Virus record (IMG/VR): IMGVR_UViG_3300032321_000283
Location: 1 to 31,705 of that record
Strand: one strand, 5' to 3'
Source: a virus
Lineage: Duplodnaviria; Caudoviricetes
Length of the DNA: 31,705 nucleotides
A program made the position numbers and the translations under genes. The notes under the pieces are model-generated. The model had not been told where the DNA came from and did not search any database. It saw nothing but the letters and a program-made list of their open reading frames with translations. This document shows positions 1-7,685 of the stretch, one piece after another (within the stretch, counting starts at the first letter, position 1; the number at the start of each line of letters is the position of its first letter).

Positions 1-311
1 AGCGTCTGCGCGATCTTGGCGTCAGCTTGGGTGTTCGTGGGGTGAACTTTGATCCTGGGCCGCTGCTGGCGCTGCTGGTTCGTGACCTGGCGCACATAGG
101 CGTCAATCTTGTTGATGGTTAGGCACGGCCTAGCGTCAAGGTTGCGGCTGTTCTGAATCTCCACCGGCCACTGATCGCCGGCAGCGAATTTCAGATCGTC
201 CAACGCATCGGCCCGGTTCGTGGAGTCGGAGTCTCCCGCCAGGCGCAGGAACTTGATTGCCGCGTCAATGCGCTTGTCGGGGCTCACATCGTTGTCAGAG
301 TAGTAGGCCAT
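1..311 (-). CDS. Portal protein, P22 gp1-like (N-terminal part; runs off the window)
   Basis: Not in the ORF track. Manual translation from ATG 311: MAYYSDNDVSPDKRIDAAIKFLRLAGDSDSTNRADALDDLKFAAGDQWPVEIQNSRNLDARPCLTINKIDAYVRQVTNQQRQQRPRIKVHP. The GDQW...RPCLTINK motif is typical of P22-like portals, and it lies directly downstream of TerL. Confidence 0.9.
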   Translation of the reverse strand, partial: MAYYSDNDVSPDKRIDAAIKFLRLAGDSDSTNRADALDDLKFAAGDQWPVEIQNSRNLDARPCLTINKIDAYVRQVTNQQRQQRPRIKVHPTNTQADAKIAQT

Positions 312-313
312 GT

Positions 314-1591
314 TCATCCCATCCAGTTCGCCGGGAGCGAGAAAGTCGCCCGTTTCTTGGTCTTGCGTGGCTCGTTGACCATCAGGCCAATGTACCTAAA
401 TGCGTCCGCGCCGTGGCTGTAGTGATCGTGCAGCGGCTGTTTAGAAAATCCGCCAGTCTCGGGGTCTACATCATATCGGTAGTGGCGCAGGCACGAAATC
501 CCATCCGCCGCAGCCTCTCTATCGAACCAGCAGTTCGGGAAGATTGTGCGGGCTGCGTTGATCGAGTCGGGTATCGGTACGCGGGGAATAATGCTGACTT
601 TATAGCCCGCCGAGCGAACAATGTCCTCGATGGAGCGGCCCGCAGCGGCGAGGGTTTGGTTTTGGGCGTCATGGGGTAGCCAGAGGGTGTCGTAGACATA
701 GCCGAACTTCTGCATCTCGGACATATAGTGGCTGATGGTGCGCTGGCTGTCCTCGAGGTAGCGGATGAGCCTGGTTTCCATGCCAATGAACTGCAGAAAC
801 CAGATCGCCGTTGAGTCTGACCAGCCGAGGTCGAACACCGCATGAACGGGTTTGCTGGGGTCGTAGTTAACGGTCGTAATCCGGCCCTGGAGCTCGGCCA
901 TCTGCATTTCGCGGGCAAAGATAGCACCATCCACCGTCTGGCGGCATATGCCCTCCCAGACCGTGTTATAGGACTCAATGTCACGTTCCTTGAGCGCGTC
1001 CTTCTCCAGCCGCAGGGTCTCGGGGAACCAAGGGTTGTCGGACCAGTTCACCTTGCGAATCATGCAATCCGCGGGCGGCTTGAGCACGAAGCGTTGATAG
1101 GTCTCGTCGGTCTCAAGCTCCGGGTTGAAGCTGACCCATATGCTGCTGCCCGCCTTGCGGATAGTTGGGATTAGGACATTCCACGACAATCTTGAAACGC
1201 TCTGAGCCTCCTCGCACCAACAAATATCCACTCCCTCGAATGATTTTATGTTGCTGATGTTGTTGCGCAGGCCGGCGAAGGCAAACTCGCTGCCATTCTT
1301 GCCCCGGATTGTGGCCTGGGTGATCTCGTAAAACCCAAGCAACCCCAGCGCCTCAATCTGGTCGCAAAGCAGCTTGTGGACAGAGTCCTTGATGCTGGTC
1401 TGGAATTCTCGAGCGCACAGGATGCGCAGCGGGGACTTGGCGCCGAGGATAAGCAGGGCTCGAGCAATGCCCCAAGACTTAGCGCCGCCGCGCCCGCCGT
1501 AGAGCACCTTGTAGCGGGATGGCTCAAAGAGGCAGGCGAGTTTCTCGGGGAACTCGGCCAGGCTGATGGCCTTGTTAAGTGCTTGGCTCAT
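314..1591 (-). CDS. terL: Terminase large subunit (PBSX/P22-like)
   Basis: Walker A YGGRGGAKS, CAREFQTSI, Walker B WCEEAQ and a C-terminal nuclease region (DLGWSD...HGADAFRY); 425 aa. Confidence 0.95.
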   Translation of the reverse strand: MSQALNKAISLAEFPEKLACLFEPSRYKVLYGGRGGAKSWGIARALLILGAKSPLRILCAREFQTSIKDSVHKLLCDQIEALGLLGFYEITQATIRGKNGSEFAFAGLRNNISNIKSFEGVDICWCEEAQSVSRLSWNVLIPTIRKAGSSIWVSFNPELETDETYQRFVLKPPADCMIRKVNWSDNPWFPETLRLEKDALKERDIESYNTVWEGICRQTVDGAIFAREMQMAELQGRITTVNYDPSKPVHAVFDLGWSDSTAIWFLQFIGMETRLIRYLEDSQRTISHYMSEMQKFGYVYDTLWLPHDAQNQTLAAAGRSIEDIVRSAGYKVSIIPRVPIPDSINAARTIFPNCWFDREAAADGISCLRHYRYDVDPETGGFSKQPLHDHYSHGADAFRYIGLMVNEPRKTKKRATFSLPANWMG

Positions 1592-1919
1592 TAGCCTTGA
1601 CGAACGAAACCATTATGCCCTCAATGGGCGTGCCGTCCGGGTTAGCCAGCTTGGTGGTATTCGTTTCGCCCCAAGCCATCTGCGCCTTGGTCCACCAAAT
1701 CATGGCCGTGGTATCGCCCGCCATCGCCTTATTGAACAGCGTCTTGGCAATACTGGCGCTGGCCGTGGCTTTCCCAAGCGCCAGTTCAACGTCATAGTAT
1801 TTCCGCAGAGTCACATCGCTGATGCCCAGCAGAGCGCCGATCTGCTCGTGCGGCAGCCCCAGGCCTGCTGCGGATTGGGCCTGGGAGCGGGTTTTCTCGG
1901 TGGGTTCGTGGGGTAGCAT
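1575..1919 (-). CDS. terS: Terminase small subunit
   Basis: 114 aa with an HTH (IGALLGISDVTLRKYY) and GDTTAMIWWTK motif; overlaps the TerL start. Confidence 0.8.
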   Translation of the reverse strand: MLPHEPTEKTRSQAQSAAGLGLPHEQIGALLGISDVTLRKYYDVELALGKATASASIAKTLFNKAMAGDTTAMIWWTKAQMAWGETNTTKLANPDGTPIEGIMVSFVKANEPST

Positions 1920-1922
1920 CTT

Positions 1923-2234
1923 TTATTGAGGCAAAGTGTCAAGGCCAAATGGCTGCCCGGTTGATTCTAGTGTGGCTGTCTTGAGCGCCTTGCGCTGCGG
2001 CTCGGATAGGTGCGCCAGCTCGATGACCGGAACGGCCTCCATGCCCAGCTTGCGAGCCGCCATCAAGCGCCCATGCCCAGCAATGATGCCGTTGGCACCA
2101 TCCACCAGGATAGGGTTGGTCCAGCCAAACTCTTTGATGCTGGCCGCTATCTGAGCGACCTGCTCATCGCTGTGCTTGCGGCTGTTATTGACGTAGGGGA
2201 TCAGGCCCGCCACCGGGCGCTGTTCAATCCTCAC
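1923..2234 (-). CDS. ParB/Srx N-terminal domain protein, apparently internally deleted (ParB-methyltransferase remnant)
   Basis: LIPYVNNSRKHS...IAASIKEFGWTNPILVD...IIAGHGRL is a ParB-like domain, but it ends before the usual ADN(K/R) helix and jumps to KTATLESTGQPF. Confidence 0.8.
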   Translation of the reverse strand: MRIEQRPVAGLIPYVNNSRKHSDEQVAQIAASIKEFGWTNPILVDGANGIIAGHGRLMAARKLGMEAVPVIELAHLSEPQRKALKTATLESTGQPFGLDTLPQ

Positions 2235-2368
2235 TTCTTCTCTTTCTTCTCAGCCGCCTTCTTGACAGCATAGGCGATGGCCACAGCCTGCTTGACAGGC
2301 TTGCTTTTCACCTCAGCCTTGACATTGGCGCTGAACGCCTTGGGGCTTGCTGACTTCATGAGTGGCAT
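2231..2368 (-). CDS. Small basic protein (45 aa) of a type often found upstream of phage terminase genes
   Basis: Manual translation MPLMKSASPKAFSANVKAEVKSKPVKQAVAIAYAVKKAAEKEKK; fills the gap exactly, with a GTGA overlap onto the ParB gene. Confidence 0.7.
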   Translation of the reverse strand: MPLMKSASPKAFSANVKAEVKSKPVKQAVAIAYAVKKAAEKKEKK

Positions 2369-2370
2369 GA

Positions 2371-2775
2371 TTACTGACCGTGGATGATTGCAAAGTTGAG
2401 GACCACAGCTTCAGACAACGAGCCCGCGCTGATGTTGTACAGGCTGATGACCGCCGTGCCGGTGCCGACGTTTGAGACAAACGACGTGTAGGTGCCGTTA
2501 GTCGCCAAGCCGCCAGACACGTTGATGATGAGCACGTCCTTGGCCGACAACAAGCTGTTGGTCAGCGTGAACGAGACGATGGCGCCATTCAGCAGCGCCG
2601 CATTGTTCATCGTGATTTGGCCGCTGGACTTGTTCAACGTCACGCCGGTGGACTTGCTGGTAGCTTGCGTCACCGTACCCTGCGCCGCCGTGCTGTACCC
2701 AATCTCCGCCGTAGCGTAAACGGTCGAGAACTCCGGGTCATTATATGCAACGCCAGTAGCAATAGAATTAGACAT
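2371..2775 (-). CDS. Hypothetical beta-rich protein, possibly virion-associated
   Basis: 134 aa, Ser/Thr/Gly-rich (GTVTQATSKSTGVTLNK); AGGA Shine-Dalgarno upstream. Confidence 0.6.
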   Translation of the reverse strand: MSNSIATGVAYNDPEFSTVYATAEIGYSTAAQGTVTQATSKSTGVTLNKSSGQITMNNAALLNGAIVSFTLTNSLLSAKDVLIINVSGGLATNGTYTSFVSNVGTGTAVISLYNISAGSLSEAVVLNFAIIHGQ

Positions 2776-2792
2776 GGTTATATTCCTTTGAG

Positions 2793-3050
2793 TTAATGCT
2801 CAACAATAGCACAAATATCAGCTTCTTGAATAATCTGATAATCCTGGCCGTCCACCTTATGCGTCGGCCATTTCAAATAGTCGCCATTACCATACTTGAC
2901 AAAATCCCCCACTTGCACGTCCAGCGCAAGCGGCCCGACAGCCACCACCGTCCCTTCATTGAACGGCTCTTTGTTATTGGTAATAATAATATCAGATAGT
3001 TGCCGAGTATTTGGCTTAATAACTACCTTATCATGGAGCGGTTGCAGCAT
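2793..3050 (-). CDS. groES: Co-chaperonin GroES (Cpn10)
   Basis: QPLHDKVVI, GTVVAVGP, DVQVGDFV and IIQEADICAIVE align with GroES (RPLHDRVIV, GEVLAVG, DVKVGDIV, IMSESDILAIVE). Confidence 0.9.
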   Translation of the reverse strand: MLQPLHDKVVIKPNTRQLSDIIITNNKEPFNEGTVVAVGPLALDVQVGDFVKYGNGDYLKWPTHKVDGQDYQIIQEADICAIVEH

Positions 3051-3054
3051 GTAT

Positions 3055-3411
3055 TTAGTCCAGGAAACGGAGTTTGAAGAGGGTGGAGTTTATCAGGTCG
3101 GCAATCTCATCGACAAGATTCTGTAGCTCGCTGTCCTGGGGCAAGTGCTGCCGCGCTTCTTCGACAAACGATTTCATGGACTCCAGGTACGCCACCGGCT
3201 CGGTGGCTTGGTGGTAGTCCTGCGGGAACTCTTTGAGCTGCTCGTAGCGGCCCATGGCGGCCTCAGCGAATTGGTCCGCCAGGTCAATGATCTGCGCGTA
3301 GTAGTCCCCCAGCGCCAGATGGACCGACAGGCTCTTGGTCGACCAGTGCATCAGATGAGCGTTGGTGCTGGAGTGCAGCAACGCCAGAACAAAGGCGGCA
3401 ATTTCAGTCAT
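3055..3411 (-). CDS. Ferritin/Dps-like four-helix bundle protein (DUF5856-like)
   Basis: HLMHW...HLALGDYY...DLADQFAEA and ELQNLVDEI...TLFKLRFL. The start is placed at ATG 3411 because the 3423 ATG overlaps the -10 box. Confidence 0.75.
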   Translation of the reverse strand: MTEIAAFVLALLHSSTNAHLMHWSTKSLSVHLALGDYYAQIIDLADQFAEAAMGRYEQLKEFPQDYHQATEPVAYLESMKSFVEEARQHLPQDSELQNLVDEIADLINSTLFKLRFLD

Positions 3412-3418
3412 GTGGCCG

Positions 3419-3445
3419 ATCATAGCAAAAAAAGGTCATTGTCAA
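3419..3445 (-). promoter_or_regulatory. Sigma70-type promoter for the ferritin-GroES-terminase operon
   Basis: Minus strand reads TTGACA (3445-3440), 15-nt spacer containing T7, then TATGAT (3424-3419) with an extended-10 TG. Confidence 0.65.
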
Positions 3446-3483
3446 TCCCTGTGGCACCAGATACACGTTTTTGACCCGCTGCA

Positions 3484-3598
3484 CCGGTACAAGCGGTACA
3501 CCCCTAAAGGGGTGTGTACCGGTCTGTACCGGGTTGCGGCATAGCGCCCCGGTACAGTTGTACCGGCTTGTACCGTCTTGTACCGGTCTGTACCGGTC
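3484..3598. repeat. Iteron array plus hairpin, putative replication origin
   Basis: TGTACCGG-type 10-mers at 3515, 3525, 3559, 3569, 3579 and 3589; inverted (CC)GGTACA copies at 3484, 3495 and 3549; stem ACACCCCT-AA-AGGGGTGT at 3498-3515; immediately 3' of the primase-helicase. Confidence 0.75.
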
Positions 3599-5546
3599 AT
3601 GGCAAGTCAATTTTGAGCTCATAGACCCCCGGCTCGGTCTGGAGGATTTCCTCCCGATCCAGCAATTCGGACACCACCCTGGCGAACGCCTGCTTCTTCG
3701 AGTTGGTGCTGGAGAGCTCCGACATGGCGTAAAAAACCGCCCGCCACTCCTCGTGGCCAACGTATTGCATGTCAAGAACTTTGAACGCCTCCAACCCATC
3801 GTTGGCGTTGGGGCTACGCAGCTTGACCCTGATGGCCTTGGTAGGCTCGCCGGCCTGCACCAGCACGGCGCTGGTGACCGGCTCGCCGTCCTCATCAAAC
3901 CAACCCGGAATAATTACTTTCTCAAGCGTGGCATATAAGGTCGGCGCCAACTCGGCGTCCTTGCTCTTGCGCTGGATAATCTCCATCGGCGAGTCGCCCT
4001 TGGCCGGGACGATGCTGATCTCAATGTCCAGCGCACCGCGCCAGGCGCTCGAGCCCCGAGCCCTGTGCTGAGTCTCCTCAGATACGCCAGTGTGGTGGAC
4101 TAGTATGATGGTGCAATTAAACTCTGCCATTAACATAGCGCAGGCATCAAGCATCGCCTTGGCGTCCTGGGATGAATTCTCATCGCCGGAGTTGAACCGG
4201 TGCAGGGTATCTATCACGATAGCGGCGGGCTTGATGGGCAACGCCCTGATGTGCTCGGAGACCTTGCGGTAGCCCTCTGGCGTGTCTAGATCGCAGCCGC
4301 TCTTGCTGAGATACATATTAAGAGCCTGACCATTACCATGGCGCTCCTTCCAGGCCGCTATCCGACTGCGCAGACCGTGGTGGCCCTCGCCCGCCAGATA
4401 GACGATCGCGCCTGGCGTGACCCGATGCCCGAACCAATCTTGCTGGCCCTGGGCCATCCGCAGGCACCAGTCAAGGGTAGCGAAGGTCTTCCCGCCGCCG
4501 CTCGGGCCGTGAACCATGATGAGCGCGGCCTGCTGAATCCAGCCCTTGACCATCCACCTGATCGGCGCAGGCTGGCGGGAAAACTCATCCGCTGGCATCA
4601 GCCAGTCGCTCACCGATGGCTCAAGCAATGCCGCCAGGTCGTTGCCTGCCTGAACGTAATCATTGGCGTCCCCAGCCGCGGGCGGCATCACTGACCGAGC
4701 GCCATACTTGGCGCTGGCTTGCTCTGCGTAGCGCTGACCGACTCCAGACGCATCGTTGTCAGCAACGATCACCAAGTCTTGCTGCGCCCCGAACCGCTCG
4801 CGCAGTTCGCCGGTAACCGGAACCAGATTGCTGGCGCTGTAGGCAACAGCGCAGGCCTTGCCGGTGGCCTGGTGAATCGTGGCGGCAGTGGCGAAGCCCT
4901 CGGCGATGTAGATGGTGCTGCTAGGCTCGCCCAGCATCCAGAACTTCCCGCCCGTAGCGCCGCCTGGGTGATAGCGTTTCTCGCCATCGGCTGCAATGTA
5001 CTGAACGCTTGCCAAATCTCCTTCCGAGCCGTACAGCGGGACCATCAACCGCCCGTCGCCGGTAATCCTTGCGCCGTTGGGTGCAATGCCCTTTCGTGCT
5101 AGATACGGATGATCGGCACTCGCCGCACCGCCTGCTGTCCAGATCGCATCCACGGTGCTGGCGGCAACCGCCTGGCTGCGCTCCTGCTCGGCCTCCCGCG
5201 CCGCCTTGGCCTCGGCCATTCGCCGGGTGTGTGCCATCTCCTCGGCGATAGTGAGTTTCCTGCCCATCTCTGCCTGCCAAGCCTGCTCAATGCCTGCCCG
5301 CCAGCAGCCAAAGCGACCTGCCGGGACGCCATCGCCGAAGGCCACATACCAACCTGGCTTGCTGTGGCCTGGCGTGCCTTTGGTCCCGCTGTTAAACCGG
5401 TGCAGCTTGCCGTCTAAGTAGATCGCCTCTGGCGGCTCCAGGCCCGCCTCAATCATTGCCTCTCTTAGCTGCTCGCCTGGTGGCTCAATCCTCTTGGGCT
5501 CGGGGAGGGCGTATGCGCCGCCGAAGATGCTAGTCAGGTCTGCCAT
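3597..5546 (-). CDS. Primase-helicase (TOPRIM plus AAA_25/RepA-like helicase)
   Basis: TOPRIM motifs IAEGFATA and VADND; Walker A GPSGGGKT; YLAGEG; Walker B IVIDTL; LVHHTG; ARGSSAW. The likely start is MADLTSIFGG at 5546; the track's 5711 start overlaps the HTH gene. Confidence 0.9.
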   Translation of the reverse strand: MADLTSIFGGAYALPEPKRIEPPGEQLREAMIEAGLEPPEAIYLDGKLHRFNSGTKGTPGHSKPGWYVAFGDGVPAGRFGCWRAGIEQAWQAEMGRKLTIAEEMAHTRRMAEAKAAREAEQERSQAVAASTVDAIWTAGGAASADHPYLARKGIAPNGARITGDGRLMVPLYGSEGDLASVQYIAADGEKRYHPGGATGGKFWMLGEPSSTIYIAEGFATAATIHQATGKACAVAYSASNLVPVTGELRERFGAQQDLVIVADNDASGVGQRYAEQASAKYGARSVMPPAAGDANDYVQAGNDLAALLEPSVSDWLMPADEFSRQPAPIRWMVKGWIQQAALIMVHGPSGGGKTFATLDWCLRMAQGQQDWFGHRVTPGAIVYLAGEGHHGLRSRIAAWKERHGNGQALNMYLSKSGCDLDTPEGYRKVSEHIRALPIKPAAIVIDTLHRFNSGDENSSQDAKAMLDACAMLMAEFNCTIILVHHTGVSEETQHRARGSSAWRGALDIEISIVPAKGDSPMEIIQRKSKDAELAPTLYATLEKVIIPGWFDEDGEPVTSAVLVQAGEPTKAIRVKLRSPNANDGLEAFKVLDMQYVGHEEWRAVFYAMSELSSTNSKKQAFARVVSELLDREEILQTEPGVYELKIDLP

Positions 5547-5721
5547 TAGCTGGAGCCTTAGATAGATAGGTCGACAACCGCTGTATCGCGGTGATGCGTG
5601 GCCGCTTGCTGCGACCTCGCTGGAGGGCAAGCACGGTACTGTAGTGCAGCCCTGTCGCTGCCGCAACGACCCGGACCTTGCGGTCTTGCAGAGCGGCAAC
5701 GACTTGCTCAATCGTCATCAT
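5530..5721 (-). CDS. Cro-like HTH transcriptional regulator
   Basis: MMTIEQVVAALQDRKVRVVAAATGLHYSTVLALQRGRSKRP; AGGAG Shine-Dalgarno at 5734-5730; first gene of the leftward unit. Confidence 0.75.
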   Translation of the reverse strand: MMTIEQVVAALQDRKVRVVAAATGLHYSTVLALQRGRSKRPRITAIQRLSTYLSKAPANGRPD

Positions 5722-5734
5722 AAAGCGTACTCCT

Positions 5735-5804
5735 AAAAAAAAGTTGGTGAAGATCGAAAAAAAGTGTACCACAAGTCGAAAAGATGGTGTAGGATGCTAT
5801 CCAT
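5735..5804. promoter_or_regulatory. Divergent promoter region
   Basis: A-tract-rich gap between divergent operons. Leftward extended -10 TGGTACACT (5771-5763); rightward candidate -10 TAGGAT (5790-5795); -35 boxes are weak. Confidence 0.55.
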
Positions 5805-5849
5805 GCACTGAACGGATCTCCCGACGAGTGCTGACCCGAAGGAAACGAA

Positions 5850-6071
5850 ATGACCAAGACCCTGACCTGGACGAGCATCCGCGCCATCGGCAAGCAAGAC
5901 GGCGCTGGCCGCTGGACCCCGAGCGCCGAGGTGGCTGAGTATTTCCGCAACATCCGCACCCCCAGCCGCGCCTGGCCTAACAGCATGGCCAAGGCCGCGC
6001 AGACCGCCAAGTTTGCGAACTGGCTCACCAGCAACCGCCCCGAGATCGCTGCCAAACTTCTGGCGAACTGA
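5850..6071 (+). CDS. Hypothetical protein (73 aa)
   Basis: AAGGA Shine-Dalgarno, strong GC3 codon bias, first gene of the rightward operon. Confidence 0.7.
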   Translation: MTKTLTWTSIRAIGKQDGAGRWTPSAEVAEYFRNIRTPSRAWPNSMAKAAQTAKFANWLTSNRPEIAAKLLAN

Positions 6072-6073
6072 CC

Positions 6074-6751
6074 ATGGCCATCAACCTAAAAACCACCGCA
6101 TCACTGGCGTCTAACGGCGCCAAGATCCTCGTCTACGGCCAAGCAGGCGCAGGCAAAACCACCCTGGCGGCAACCCTGCCAGCGCCCATCATCCTGAGCG
6201 CCGAGGGCGGGCTCCTGAGCATTCAGGATGCGAACCTGCCCTACATTGAGGTGACCAGCATGGCCACCCTGATGGAGGCATATAGTTGGCTGCGCGACAG
6301 CCACGAAGCCAAGGACTATCAGAGCGTGGCGCTGGACTCCATCTCCGAGATCGCCGAAGTGGTCTTGAACGCCGAGAAGAAGTCAAACAAAGACCCGCGA
6401 GCAGCCTACGGCGCCATGCAAGAGCAGATGGCCGACATTATCCGGGCCTTCCGCGACCTAGCTGGCAGGCACGTCTACATGTCGGCAAAGCTTGAGAAGA
6501 CCCAAGACGAGATGGGCCGGGTCTTGTACTCGCCCTCGATGCCGGGAAACAAGACCGGCCAAGCGCTGCCTTACTTCTTTGACGAGGTGCTGGCCCTGCG
6601 AGTTGAGAAGGACGCCGAGGGCGTGTCACAGCGAGCGCTTATGTGCGACAGCGATGGCCTCTGGCTGGCGAAAGACCGCAGCGGCAAGCTCTCTGCCTGG
6701 GAAACGCCAGACCTAAGCCAGATCATCGCAAAGATCGGCGGTGCCAAATGA
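6074..6751 (+). CDS. AAA_24 / Sak4-like P-loop ATPase (single-strand annealing)
   Basis: ILVYGQAGAGKTT, VALDSISE, AKDRSGKL; located with DUF669 and the exonuclease. Confidence 0.85.
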   Translation: MAINLKTTASLASNGAKILVYGQAGAGKTTLAATLPAPIILSAEGGLLSIQDANLPYIEVTSMATLMEAYSWLRDSHEAKDYQSVALDSISEIAEVVLNAEKKSNKDPRAAYGAMQEQMADIIRAFRDLAGRHVYMSAKLEKTQDEMGRVLYSPSMPGNKTGQALPYFFDEVLALRVEKDAEGVSQRALMCDSDGLWLAKDRSGKLSAWETPDLSQIIAKIGGAK

Positions 6752-7113
6752 TCGCGGTCTGGTTGGCTTGCAAAGAGGCAGAGCGCCTGGCAACCGAAGC
6801 CCGGCGGGTTGTTGAGGACGCCATGATCGAGCAATTTAAGGTGGCCAAGGACATGGAGGGCACCAAGACCTTTATGAACGCCGGGTACACGGTCAAGATC
6901 GCTGGCCGCCTGAACCACAAGATCGACAGCGACAAGCTGCAGGCCATTGCTGCCGAGGCCGGCCTAGCCGAGCATCTTGGTTCTCTGTTCCGCTGGAAAC
7001 CCGAAATCAATTCGTCGGCTTGGAAGTCTGCTGACGAATCCATCACGCGCCCGCTCTTGGGCGCGATCACCACCACGGCGGGCCGCCCGTCTTTTTCAAT
7101 CACCAAGGAATAA
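6748..7113 (+). CDS. Conserved hypothetical recombination-module protein (121 aa)
   Basis: ATGA overlap with the ATPase; MIAVWLACKEAE...LFRWKPEIN...GRPSFSI. Confidence 0.65.
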   Translation: MIAVWLACKEAERLATEARRVVEDAMIEQFKVAKDMEGTKTFMNAGYTVKIAGRLNHKIDSDKLQAIAAEAGLAEHLGSLFRWKPEINSSAWKSADESITRPLLGAITTTAGRPSFSITKE

Positions 7114-7118
7114 ACATT

Positions 7119-7610
7119 ATGGCTACTCTCGGACAAGATTACATTGCAGCAGACCTTCCGATGGGCAAGTCTTTTGAGGCCTTGCCTGCCGGCTGGTACA
7201 CGGCGGCGATCACCCAGGCGACCGTCAAAGACACCAAAGCCGGCACTGGACGCTACATCAGCCTGAAGTACGACATTACCGGGCCATCGCACCAGGGCCG
7301 CACGATTTTCGGAAACCTGAACATCTCCAACCCGAACCCGAAGGCCGAGGAGATTGGCCGCCAGCAGCTGAACAGCCTGATGCGGGCCATTGGCCTGGCC
7401 AAAGTCAACGACACAGACCAGCTCATCGGCGGGCAATTGAAGATCAAGTTGGCGATCACCAGCAGCGACCAGTACGGCGAAGGCAACGAGGTCAAAGACT
7501 TTGCCGGCATCGCCGGCGGCGCAATGCCTGCGGCAAGCGCAATGCCCGCGGCAAGCAAGCCCGCGGCACCAGCTGCTGGCGCGAAGGCTGCGCCGCCTTG
7601 GGCGAAGTGA
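7119..7610 (+). CDS. DUF669 family protein (putative ssDNA-binding)
   Basis: FEALPAGWYTAAI...KDTKAGTGRYI...GNEVK and an Ala/Pro-rich tail ending PPWAK. Confidence 0.8.
   Translation: MATLGQDYIAADLPMGKSFEALPAGWYTAAITQATVKDTKAGTGRYISLKYDITGPSHQGRTIFGNLNISNPNPKAEEIGRQQLNSLMRAIGLAKVNDTDQLIGGQLKIKLAITSSDQYGEGNEVKDFAGIAGGAMPAASAMPAASKPAAPAAGAKAAPPWAK
7521..7556 (+). repeat. 18-bp tandem duplication (AMPAAS x2) in the DUF669 tail
   Basis: gcaatgcctgcggcaagc / gcaatgcccgcggcaagc. Confidence 0.85.
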
Positions 7611-7621
7611 GATAGAGCAAC

Positions 7622-7660
7622 GGGGCGTGACAGATAAATCTAGGAACCTGTCACGCTTTT
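7622..7660 (+). terminator. Intergenic stem-loop (attenuating terminator or processing site)
   Basis: GCGTGACAG (7625-7633) pairs with CTGTCACGC (7648-7656), 14-nt loop, followed by TTTT. Confidence 0.5.
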
Positions 7661-7685
7661 ACCTTACAAAACAAGGACTTACATC

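Noticed and set aside
3484-3598. CRISPR-like array
   Set aside because: The units are 10-bp tandem repeats with no unique spacers.
5547-5711. N-terminal extension of the primase ORF in the track
   Set aside because: It overlaps the Cro-like gene, which has a good RBS, and the extension does not look protein-like.
5765-5770. Lone TGTACC in the divergent promoter (and at 11733) as origin-type iterons
   Set aside because: A single 6-mer is expected by chance, and here it is explained by the leftward -10 box.
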